A stretch of DNA of 64,000 nt. Origin: Andalucia godoyi And28 (Eukaryota > Protista > Jakobida). A program made the position numbers and the translations under genes. The notes below the pieces were generated by a model that was not told the DNA's origin, did not search any database, and worked only from the letters and a program-made list of their open reading frames with translations. The stretch lies in NCBI GenBank assembly GCA_009859145.1, contig VRVR01000022.1, positions 62,001 to 126,000 on the forward strand, in the 5' to 3' direction. Within the stretch, counting starts at the first letter, position 1. Every line of letters starts with the position of its first letter. This document shows positions 54,001-63,573 of this stretch, in pieces.

Positions 54001-55743
54001 TTAACTTGCCATTCTGGATTGCAGTTCCTCGTTCCTCTTGCACTCCTCTTGGAATTCTTTGACAGCCATAAAGTACTTCCTCTGCTGCTCGAGAAGATCA
54101 TTGAATTTCGTCTCAAGGGACTGTTTGGAACCAAACTCATCATCCAGTTTCACATCCACTTTGCTCTTGTTGCGGAGAACATTGTCGATGATACCAGACA
54201 GCTGTTCAATGAATTTCTCCTTTCCTTGCTTTGACGACATTGCCGTGGAGAAGCCATTGTAAATAGAATCCAACAATGACAATTCCTTGGACAGATACAC
54301 CCTTGTCTCATCAAGAGTATTGTAGGAGTTGAAGTACTTGCGAGTTTCCTCCAACTTTGAAGACACCTGTTCGTACAGTTCCGAAAAACGGCGTTCATAT
54401 TGCAGAAGTTCAACTTGCCTGGGAACCATGTCGATCTTTCTTTGGAGGCCGGCAATTTCTCTGCTTTTTGCTGCGAGAATGCCAGACACGCGAGTATGCT
54501 GCTGCAAGGCATCATCAAAGGCAGCCTGCGCTTCCGTTACACCAGACTGATCAAACTTTTCATTGTCGCGCTCTACAGCGTTCAGCTTTGATTTCCACTT
54601 CCGCATTTCAGCAACACACCCTTCTCTGAACAACTCTTTCTGTTTTTGAAGATCCGCATGGGAGGCAACAAGCCTTCTTAGCTTGACGATGTCGTCTTCA
54701 TCCTCCGCCGAAATCACGGCTTTCATGTTCTCTATATCCGAGGTCAGCTTGTTTGTGACATTCTGAACAACGGATAGATCATCATTTGCCTTATTCTTTC
54801 GGGCCAACGCCGCATCACGCTCTTCGGTGGCAATTTTGATGCGCTTTGCTAGTTGGTCATTTTGCTTTTGCAGATTAATTACCTTTTGAGAAGAAGGGTC
54901 CACACGACTTGCTTCTTCTTCCAAGGCTTTTGCTTTGGCATTGTAATCTGCAGAGGCAGAGCGGATTTCTTCGGATTGGATTTCAACAATTTTGGAGACA
55001 ACACTGGAAGAGATCCGGTTGTTATCGTCGGCAACTGTTTGCATCCGTGACTGCTCAGCAAGATCCGCATCTGCATCAACAACGTTCACCTCCATCTGTG
55101 CTTCGGCAGGACTCTTCTTCTTGGACTCCGAAACGACCGACCCTGAGGAAGTTCGGTATTCCAGTAACGTCAAATGGACCTTCTTTTTCGTCGGTTCTGC
55201 GTCCTTGACAGATAGAACCCGGCGAAATCGCCGCTTCGGCCGGTAGCAAGACGACAGTGCTGCCACATACGATTCGTTCTGGACAACGCTGGAAGACAAA
55301 ACAGAACTTTCATATGCAGAGTCGGAAAAATCTGTCAATGACTGCGAGAAAGCAAGATCTGAATTGTTTCTCATCGATTGCTGAGCCTCTTCGCGTGTTT
55401 CTATGACCTTCTTTACCAACCACTGGATCACTGGAAAGATATTGGAAACGTCAAGACCTTGGATTTGATGAGACTGAAGAGGGAACGGACATTTCATTCG
55501 TTTTAAAGCGCGTGTTATCGACTCTCCCATCTTGATTCTCTGACCGATGTTTGAATTCTCCCTGAAAGACACGTCAACATCCACATCAACGTTTGCATTC
55601 GAAATGCACCAAGCCATTCCTCCGATGACTTTGTCGAACGGAGACAAGGAGGAAATGCGCGCTCGGAAATATCCAGCTGCAACCAACATCTCAACGATCT
55701 CATCCAGCCTGTTACGGGCCTCCTCATTCATGGGGACATTCAT
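54001..55743 (-). CDS. CCDC93: Coiled-coil domain-containing protein 93 (Commander/CCC complex)
   Basis: EIVEMLVAAGYFRARISSLSPFDKVIGGMAWCI, CPFPLQSHQIQGLD, ELLQYERRFSELY, KYFNSYNTL. Confidence 0.93.
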   Translation of the reverse strand: MNVPMNEEARNRLDEIVEMLVAAGYFRARISSLSPFDKVIGGMAWCISNANVDVDVDVSFRENSNIGQRIKMGESITRALKRMKCPFPLQSHQIQGLDVSNIFPVIQWLVKKVIETREEAQQSMRNNSDLAFSQSLTDFSDSAYESSVLSSSVVQNESYVAALSSCYRPKRRFRRVLSVKDAEPTKKKVHLTLLEYRTSSGSVVSESKKKSPAEAQMEVNVVDADADLAEQSRMQTVADDNNRISSSVVSKIVEIQSEEIRSASADYNAKAKALEEEASRVDPSSQKVINLQKQNDQLAKRIKIATEERDAALARKNKANDDLSVVQNVTNKLTSDIENMKAVISAEDEDDIVKLRRLVASHADLQKQKELFREGCVAEMRKWKSKLNAVERDNEKFDQSGVTEAQAAFDDALQQHTRVSGILAAKSREIAGLQRKIDMVPRQVELLQYERRFSELYEQVSSKLEETRKYFNSYNTLDETRVYLSKELSLLDSIYNGFSTAMSSKQGKEKFIEQLSGIIDNVLRNKSKVDVKLDDEFGSKQSLETKFNDLLEQQRKYFMAVKEFQEECKRNEELQSRMAS

Positions 55744-56373
55744 ATGCGGGACAGCAGCTGCAGGTTTGATTTTTTAAAATCTATGAACAAACAAAAAGAA
55801 GATCGAACGAAAACACCATTCAGCGAAGGAGAACCTTTGTGACCCAGCGCCCAGCCTGCAGAAAGCAGCATCAACCCTTTCCGTGTTTTCTCCCGACTGG
55901 TTGCGCCCATTACAGCCGACGAGCATTTGATGCGGATTTGGAATTTCCCTCAGTCCCGAGGATTGTGTTACAGACGCACCACTGACCACACAGCTCCATG
56001 GGAAAAAATGAAAGATGAAAAAAAAAAGCACGAGAAAAGACATGCTAGCGATGACACCAAAAAGAGAAAGCGGATGTGGTGACGCGACCTTTTGCTGAGA
56101 GCGTGGGGCGCCAATTACACATGCGAAAGGAACGGATGCCCAAAAACACGCCGCTGCCCCTTATTGCGATATGATGAAGCAATCTGAAGCGTGCATAAAC
56201 AAAAACACTGCTACGCGTCATGCGCATGCGTTTGCTATCTTAAGCAACTCCGTCACACAATGCCCGATTCGTTTCGCCCCATTTAGATCATGAAAGCCCT
56301 ATAAACACGCCGCCGCGTTGCATTCTCGCACAGTGACGCTCATTTCGTATTTTTATTGTCCGTGCAACGCACC

Positions 56374-56710
56374 ATGTACGTCACGCCCGCAACGCTGCGC
56401 AAGACCCATGACAATCTCCACCGCCAGGAAAGATCGCCAAGGCGACAACGACGTGGCAGATATTGACATGAGGCCATTATCAATTCCAGCAGCGGCTGCT
56501 CCGCAAATCGCGCGAATCCGCGGGGGCGGCAGGTGTCGATTGCGACTTGTGACGGAGGAGTGCACGTCTAAAACGTGCGGCCGTTGCGGGGAAATGCATC
56601 GCAAGTTGTGTGGAAACAAGGTGTTGGGTTGCAACATTGATTATGGGCGATCAGCGATGAATTATCCGTGGTTAGTGTACAATGTAGGCGTGGAATCGCA
56701 TAATCAACCG
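56374..56710 (+). mobile_element. Internally deleted Fanzor2/IS607-type relic with omega-RNA-like scaffold
   Basis: KIAKAT...ILT*GHYQFQQRLLRKSRE (TGA in place of Trp), then LVTEECTSKTCGRCGEMHRKLCGNKV, joined to GTGTTGGG-TTGCAACATTGATTATGGG...GGTTAGTGTACAATGTAGGCG...TAATCAACCG. Confidence 0.82.
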
Positions 56711-56884
56711 TCTACTAATAAATGATTCTAGTTCGCGCACTATCTGCTATCTACGATGATAACTTCACGCAGTAGATAATCGTATGAGAAACGCAAATGA
56801 TTCTTGAAGGGCCCTTTATCGCTCCTCAAAAAACCCCCAAGTGACGCTTCACCGCACGCCACCGGGGTGGGAGGACGATGCATG

Positions 56885-59242
56885 TCAAGACTTAACATCA
56901 ATAGACGTGTTATGCGATCCAAACATAATACGATTCTGCAAAGAAGAAGAAGACATCTTCTGGGTAAATGCGCTTTTCTCAATCTGCACTGTCGGCTCCT
57001 GTATTCCGTTCTTACGAAGCAAAGAGGAAGCAAGCGACAGCACTTGTTGGTCGTCCGCGTTATCTGCAATTTGAATTCCCGCAGAACAGAAGTATCGCGA
57101 ACCGTCAATTGTCCACAGTCTCTCGTTGTGAACCTCAACGACACCGGGCATCCGTCCGATCTCCTGTAACGCTGACCGAAAGCGTTTCAAATGCTTTTCC
57201 GAGCCCCGTTGCAGCAGGACGTCCACAGACTCTCTGACGAGGGGCAAAGCAGACGCGATCACAAGCGATGCGATTGCAAATGACACTATAGCATCTGCTG
57301 CGTGAAACGAGTGATTTGTAATCATGTATGACGACGCCATCACACCGATCGATCCTAATGTGTCTGCCATCATGTGAAGGACGAGACCTCTCAGATTCAA
57401 ATCCATTCCGGTAAATATCTTATCGAATACGGTGTAAAAGCGGTCAACAACACGCCTCCAAACAGACGAATGCGGGTGCCTGTATGTGGGTCCATCGTAT
57501 TCGTGATCCGCACAGTCATGACTGTGTTCATGATCACTAGTATGATGGGAGTGCTGATGCTGATGCTGATGCTGATGCTGATGATGGTCGTGTCCTTGAC
57601 AACCGCCGTGACCACAGTCATGCGCATGCGCGTGAGCAGACGAAAAGAACACAATGCCCGATAAATTGACCAACAAACCGAGAAAACTCACAAACATGAG
57701 GCGATGAGTGTGAATTAGTTCTGGAGCAAGCATTCTTTGAAACGCTTCCATCAAGATGAACGATCCCACACACAACAAAAGGATGCCGTTAACAAGTCCG
57801 CCCACGACCACATATCGAGAATATCCGTAGGAAAATACCCTGGAATTTGAATGGGAGAGCGAGGACATGGAAAGAAAAGACGAGATCAGCGACACAAGAA
57901 CCGCAATGCAGTCAAATGCCATGTGAAAAGCATCGCTGATCAGCCCAAGAGAGTTGTTCCACCATCCGTACAGAAACTCAACACCCATAAACAAAAAATT
58001 GATGACCAGAAACGCCGCCATAGAGCGCGCATCTGCATTCTTGGCAACATGGGAAAAGAAATCGGACAACCCAACAGAGGGGGACGATATCCGAGCATTG
58101 AACTGCGGAATCACGGATTTGGAGGTCAGAACTTCTGAAGCAAAGGGAAGATAGGAAGTCAAGACCTCCCATCCAGACCACACGCTGTCATCATACTCGG
58201 ACGAGAAGAGTAAGATGGACACTTGCACAACGACAAACGCCGCGATAGCAAGAATTGGGGGGACATACGTCCCCGAAAAAATGGACAAAAGGAACATGAA
58301 GCAAAACATGACGGGAAGAGAGATGCGCGCAAGGAATGTTTGACTAACGCGTGCATACGTTACAACCTCCATATAATAAGGAACAACGATAAGGAGAAAT
58401 GCCAAGGAGCAGGACGTCAAAACCGACGAGATCGTCGTGGCTGCGGCAAACTCGCTGGATGTTCGGAAACGAGAATACACGAAGAAGGGAAACAGCAGAG
58501 CACCCGACACCGCGAATGTAATTGCCGTTAATCTTTTTGCTCCTCCAACTTCAATTGCCAATTTCTTTGAAGAATTCTTTCGAACGACAGACAGAAGACA
58601 CGCCACGAACATGTAAAAGAGTCCAAGCAAGGGGCGCCGTTGTTCAACAATGACCAGCAATGAAGACGGAGACAGCGACAACGCGTCTTCACTGGCTCCC
58701 TGGTCAGCAACGTCCTCTGCTTTAGCCTCTGCTGGCGCTTCTGAAAGCCCAGCCGGAAGAGAAGGATCCGAACTTAGAAGAAGCAACAACAAACCGAAGC
58801 CAAGAAACAGAGACGCTCGTGTTTTCGTGTCCGACCACAGATCTCTCCCTGTCAAGAAGAGCAGAAACGTATGAAGCGGGAACTCGATTGCCTCTGCAAT
58901 AACGGATCGCACAAGGCCTAGTTCCTTCACAGAAGACAACCAGAAGGACACAATGAAGACCATCAACGTAGAATTAACAACAACACGAAACCACTGCCTC
59001 GTGGAAAGCTCCTTCTTTCGTTTCCAGGGTTGTTGTATGGTCATGAAGAATACTCCAGAGAATGCAAATATCAAAAACAGATAAATGAACCTATTCGCAT
59101 CCGTCATCACGGAAGAGATGACAGACATGGAGGACGTGCGAAGACAGCAAGCCACTGCGTAGACGAACACAAAAGCAAGTTGCAAGGACTGCGACGAATT
59201 TTGCCTCCCCTTTCTGGGTAAGACATCTTCGAACCAAGTCAT
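56885..59242 (-). CDS. CDF zinc transporter, ZnT5/Msc2-type with N-terminal multi-TM extension
   Basis: SLGLISDAFHMAFD, FSYGYSRY, His-rich loop, LNLRGLVLHMMADTLGSIGV. First ATG at 59242 (the ORF track start is TTG). Confidence 0.9.
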   Translation of the reverse strand: MTWFEDVLPRKGRQNSSQSLQLAFVFVYAVACCLRTSSMSVISSVMTDANRFIYLFLIFAFSGVFFMTIQQPWKRKKELSTRQWFRVVVNSTLMVFIVSFWLSSVKELGLVRSVIAEAIEFPLHTFLLFLTGRDLWSDTKTRASLFLGFGLLLLLLSSDPSLPAGLSEAPAEAKAEDVADQGASEDALSLSPSSLLVIVEQRRPLLGLFYMFVACLLSVVRKNSSKKLAIEVGGAKRLTAITFAVSGALLFPFFVYSRFRTSSEFAAATTISSVLTSCSLAFLLIVVPYYMEVVTYARVSQTFLARISLPVMFCFMFLLSIFSGTYVPPILAIAAFVVVQVSILLFSSEYDDSVWSGWEVLTSYLPFASEVLTSKSVIPQFNARISSPSVGLSDFFSHVAKNADARSMAAFLVINFLFMGVEFLYGWWNNSLGLISDAFHMAFDCIAVLVSLISSFLSMSSLSHSNSRVFSYGYSRYVVVGGLVNGILLLCVGSFILMEAFQRMLAPELIHTHRLMFVSFLGLLVNLSGIVFFSSAHAHAHDCGHGGCQGHDHHQHQHQHQHQHSHHTSDHEHSHDCADHEYDGPTYRHPHSSVWRRVVDRFYTVFDKIFTGMDLNLRGLVLHMMADTLGSIGVMASSYMITNHSFHAADAIVSFAIASLVIASALPLVRESVDVLLQRGSEKHLKRFRSALQEIGRMPGVVEVHNERLWTIDGSRYFCSAGIQIADNADDQQVLSLASSLLRKNGIQEPTVQIEKSAFTQKMSSSSLQNRIMFGSHNTSIDVKS

Positions 59243-59557
59243 TACAATTTCCCAGGATCGACGAATTGCTGTGAAGCAGCCAGGACAAGAAGAGATGTTC
59301 TTTCGGAAATCAGAAACCAAAAAATGTGCAAGCGGCAAAGGCGAGTTCTGTGTAATAAATATATTGGAGAGAATACCAGCAGTCCAGTGATCTTTTGTCA
59401 GATCACGAACCGCGATTGTAGTCGCTCCACTAGGAAAATGATTCAAAAGATTTTTTTTTTTTCAAGGTGCTTCCGATTTTACCCTCTATTTTCTTCTTCT
59501 CCTGGTCTTTACCGGTTGTCGTTGTTCATTCATTTCTGCGTGCACCCTCTGGCGACA

Positions 59558-59860
59558 ATGACGACTGTTGGCGCGAAAGTACTGAGCTCCGTTGGGACGG
59601 CAGCGTCCTATGCCTGGAAAACAGCAGAATTTGGCGGTCGTGCACTGTGGATTCTTGGGACATCGCTCCTGGTCCTCTACATCCCTGTCCAACATCTTGT
59701 GGAAGTCCAGAATGCGCAAGAAATGGAATTACTAATGGCGAGACAAGCCCAGGAACAGCAAGCAGCAGCAGCAGCATCAGCAGCAGCCGCCTCAGCGGGC
59801 CAAAGCCAGCCGGCGCTTTCAAGCTCTGCTTTGAGTGCCCTAGGAATCGGAAAGAAGTAA
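59558..59860 (+). CDS. TOM22: Mitochondrial import receptor Tom22 (short, plant Tom9-like)
   Basis: GGRALWILGTSLLVLYIP transmembrane segment followed by E..Q-rich tail; no acidic N-terminal domain. Confidence 0.75.
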   Translation: MTTVGAKVLSSVGTAASYAWKTAEFGGRALWILGTSLLVLYIPVQHLVEVQNAQEMELLMARQAQEQQAAAAASAAAASAGQSQPALSSSALSALGIGKK

Positions 59861-60096
59861 ACAAGTACTGCGGTTTTTGTTGCGATGGCTGTTGTAGTTT
59901 CAACGCGTTTCCCAAGAAATCATTCTTATGAGATACTAAAAAACAAAAAGACAGAGATACACATTTACGTACTGCAAGAGACGAATGACGCACAGGATCG
60001 CGACAATGGAAAACACTTTCAAATGGAACAAAAACGCGAAAGATCCGCAATGGCTTTTTTTTTTGTCAGCACCAGCAAAAAAAAAAAAAAGGATGT

Positions 60097-60336
60097 CTAG
60101 CGAGCCTTTGGAAGAGCAACTTTAGGCTTCTCTTCGCTCTTGAACGGGGCAGAAATGAACGGCAACGCACCTCCTACGGAGAAGAAGACAACAGCAAGTC
60201 AGTACAAACAAGATAAAAATACTGGATGCAGAATCCAAAATGAGCAGAGCCACATACCAAGAAGTCCAATGACGCATGAAAAAAACACTACTGGGTCTTT
60301 GTACCCGAAATTCACGATGCTTCGAAGCTTCGACAT
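60097..60336 (-). CDS. Small complex I accessory subunit, NDUFA3/B9-like; exons 60336-60258 and 60173-60097 (51 aa)
   Basis: Spliced product MSKLRSIVNFGYKDPVVFFSCVIGLLGGALPFISAPFKSEEKPKVALPKAR. 84-nt intron GTATGT...CTGAC...TAG. Confidence 0.65.
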
Positions 60337-61179
60337 GTTGATATTGCAACAAAAGAGGTGAATTCTCGAAATGTTTTTTAAAATGTAACTGTCAACAGGA
60401 AAACATGAAAAGCTGACGCAAGGTGCGCGCATGTCGTTGTGGTTTTCTCTTTTTCTCTCTGTGTTTCAGAGAGTGAAATGTACTGTACAGCAGGTCGCAA
60501 GGAATTGAAGCCCAGCTGATTTCCTTTTGTAAGCGCCAGTCGGTGTGTATTTGGTTCCCCATGCTTGGAGTCGGTTAGCCATGTCCTTCTGCACTGCGAG
60601 CACCTTTCCAAAGCGCGGCATAAATGGACAAACGGAATCCGTCATTAGCTCAATGCGTCGTTCAAAAAAATAAATAAATAAAAATAAATAAAAAATGCTG
60701 ATGCAAGAAGCATTGCCGTGAAGGAGCGTTTCCTCAAATGCTTTTCGACACTGAGTGGCGATGCGAGATTTTTTTTGCTGTACCCTTGAATGTGTGCAGA
60801 TGCTGTTTGAATTGCAGGGGGAGCGCACCTCCAGCGTTTGGCGAGAGGCGCAGACGACTTTCTGAGGAATTATTTCCACCTGCTGTCTGAATTCTGCGAT
60901 TGAACGTATCGCAAGCGTTGTGTTTTTATATATATTATATTGATTGAAAGACAACCCATCTTTTGGAAGGAAGAATTAGAGTGGCATCCGGTGAATCCTA
61001 AACATGGACTTGCGGATGCCGGCGAGGGAGGCGTCGGATTCCAATGTTGTACCGTTTCTTCTGTGATGCAATACTGATAATTCGCGGCTGTTTCCGGCTG
61101 CAGCCATAAGGTTGATTACTTGACGACCATGCATCGGTTCTTGGATGTATCACCGTAAATATCTAAGTAACCCCACCGA

Positions 61180-61312
61180 AGTGACGGGTAAGACATGCCC
61201 CGCCGTCCGCATGTCTTGAAAGTGCATTTATCCGTGGCGATCGTGACCTGCCCTGGCAGCCCCTGATCTCATGTGCTTTGTGCAGCAATCGCCGCTGAAA
61301 CTCATAACGGTC
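61180..61312 (-). mobile_element. Degenerate Fanzor coding fragment
   Basis: YEFQRRLLHKAHEIRGCQ, then after a frameshift VTIATDKCTFKTCGRRG; same block as at 56.5 and 44.9 kb. Confidence 0.6.
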
Positions 61313-61885
61313 CCCCACGACGGCATCTGGTGGTGTAACTGACGAGCTCGGCGTCGGTGTAGACACTAGGCTGCACACGGAGATCGGTAGTTTGGCGTTG
61401 GGAGGGCCGCTGCTTGATGGGTCGACGAGACCCGTTTCGCTTTCTCGATCTCGACGGGTTGCCCCCGACGGGCCTTTTTTGCTCGATGTCCTCGATACTG
61501 GAAGTGTGGTGCGATCCGGTTTCGGACGCATCTCCTCCGTCCCGAGGCGGCCCAGCAGCCCAGCGTCACAGGATAGCCTTACGCACTTCGAAATTCCATG
61601 TTGCAAGACAAAACGAAAAGAGGGGGGAGGCGGGAGGCGGGGGGACAGTAGAACAATGCGTCACATGCTAAAATAAACAAAAGGCGATTTTTGTTGCGTT
61701 TTTGCAAAAAAAAAATAAAATTAAAAATTAATTAAATAAAATAAAATAGCAATAATAAAAAATTCAATTTTCTTGCCATCGGTTCCGACATTCGTATTGC
61801 TTTTTCTTTCATTCTCTCTTCGTAGGCGCGAAAAGTTGAATTTTTGCATGGCCGTTTTCACTGCAAATATTTAAAAGGATCTGCC

Positions 61886-62494
61886 ATGTTTTCTTCGAAA
61901 ATTGCGAGGACGGTTGCGATTGTGAGGCGGTCTTCATTTCGGGGTTTCCCAACTGCCCAGCTGCATTCACAGCGCTGTTGTCGTCGGTTCTCTTCGATTT
62001 CGTCCGATGACGGCACTGCTCCGCAGTATGTGCCTTCTGCTGTTTTGAAGAATCCAGCTCTCGCAGGTCTCAAAGTTGAAGGCGTCAAGAATGCGGATAT
62101 GTGGATTGTGTACACATGCAAGAAGTGTGAGGTTCGGTCTGTGAAGGGAATGACACGACACGCATACGAGAAAGGCCTGGTCATTGTACGCTGTCCGGGA
62201 TGTGAAGCTTTACATTTGATTGCCGATAACATTGGCTGGTTTCCGGAAGATGGAAGCCCAAGTCAAAAATTCAGCGTCGAAGACACGCTCCGCTTGCAAG
62301 GCCAAGCAATCAAATCTGCAAGGGTGGACGGGTTGGCAAGCTTAACTCCCGAAGAATTAGCCGATCTCATCTCCACGGTGAAGTCAGAGCTGGACGACGG
62401 ATGCAGCGAGTCAAAGATAACCACCTCTTCCGAAAACGCCCGTTTCCATCATGAACACGCACCCGATGGAAGCTGTTGCAACGAGAAACACTGA
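61886..62494 (+). CDS. DNLZ: Mitochondrial DNL-type zinc finger chaperone (Hep1/Zim17/Tim15)
   Basis: Presequence-like N-terminus; YTCKKCEVRS...AYEKGLVIVRCPGCEALHLIADNIGWF. Confidence 0.93.
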   Translation: MFSSKIARTVAIVRRSSFRGFPTAQLHSQRCCRRFSSISSDDGTAPQYVPSAVLKNPALAGLKVEGVKNADMWIVYTCKKCEVRSVKGMTRHAYEKGLVIVRCPGCEALHLIADNIGWFPEDGSPSQKFSVEDTLRLQGQAIKSARVDGLASLTPEELADLISTVKSELDDGCSESKITTSSENARFHHEHAPDGSCCNEKH

Positions 62495-62514
62495 GAATGT
62501 TGCAGTTTTCTGGC

Positions 62515-63573
62515 TCATTCACCGAGGTCATTCACGGCAAAGTTTGCGAAGCGTTTTTGATATGCTTGATGGACCCAAAGATCAAAGTGATCGCACACTT
62601 TCACAGACTGGTATCGATTGCTCTGGAAAACGTCTGTTCGAAATGTTTCCGGTGGAGCGATCCCAAAGGGTACTCGTGCCTTGTTGAACGTCCTGTACAC
62701 CGTTTGAAGAAGCATGTCCTTTGGAGTATAGTATACTATTGTTTTGCGCCGCGCTACTTCTGACCAGCGGACCAGCATATCATCATCATGGAATGCTGGG
62801 GCACACAAGTGTAAGTAGTCCGGTCGAACATTTGGCTCAAGCAACAAGCAGGCCTCCACGACATGCCTGCAGCCCAGAGAATGTGATACGATGCGAATGC
62901 GGTCGAAATGGGGCCGGAGCAACGTCAGTTGTTCCGCAAGGTCTCTAGCGCGTTCCACTGCCCGTTGTTGAGACAGCACCCACTGCAGCCATATTTGGCC
63001 TCCAATCATTAGCGCCGTTGCGACTGTGAGCACTGCTGGTTTGTACAGGACAGGGAGCGGGGGAAGAAGCGGCGGAATAGGAAGAACACGTCCGGATGGC
63101 CACGTCCATCCGACCGCCTTTTTAGACCAGCCGTGCATTTGCACAAGCCGGTCATGGGTAATGATCCAGTCTTGGAAGCGGTCGCTGGAGAGAAAGCCGC
63201 GGCAATCTACACGATGTTTGATTTGATGGATTAGAAACTGGTAAAAGACAGATAAATAGAGAGAATGCGAGACGAGAAAAACAAAAACAAACAAAGCCGG
63301 GGTTGTTGGTGACGTACAAATAGTCAATTCCTTGTCATGAGGATTCAGAGAATCTGATAGAATCTTCAACTGCGGATGAGCATTCAATCCGTGAATTTGC
63401 ACCTTTGAAATCAGATCTTCCAAAGAACCAATCTCGAGGAGCTTTAAAATTCGTTCTTTTGGAATAACGAATGCCGGAACGGTATTCTTCAACGTTTCGG
63501 ACAAATTATTCAATTGAGAGATCGACGAAGAACGAAGAACACGCAATACTTGCCGAAGAACTTTTGGATCCAT
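62515..63573 (-). CDS. DUF726-like alpha/beta-hydrolase; probable in-frame 111-nt intron 63207-63317
   Basis: VSHSLG elbow, LHLCAPA, VYYTPKD. Removing GTACGT...CTAAT...TAG yields ELTIYCRGFLS. Confidence 0.7.
   Translation of the reverse strand: MDPKVLRQVLRVLRSSSISQLNNLSETLKNTVPAFVIPKERILKLLEIGSLEDLISKVQIHGLNAHPQLKILSDSLNPHDKELTICTSPTTPALFVFVFLVSHSLYLSVFYQFLIHQIKHRVDCRGFLSSDRFQDWIITHDRLVQMHGWSKKAVGWTWPSGRVLPIPPLLPPLPVLYKPAVLTVATALMIGGQIWLQWVLSQQRAVERARDLAEQLTLLRPHFDRIRIVSHSLGCRHVVEACLLLEPNVRPDYLHLCAPAFHDDDMLVRWSEVARRKTIVYYTPKDMLLQTVYRTFNKARVPFGIAPPETFRTDVFQSNRYQSVKVCDHFDLWVHQAYQKRFANFAVNDLGE

Noticed and set aside
60466-60954. 162-aa minus-strand ORF
   Set aside because: TTG start, runs through an AT-rich tract, and has no recognisable motif.
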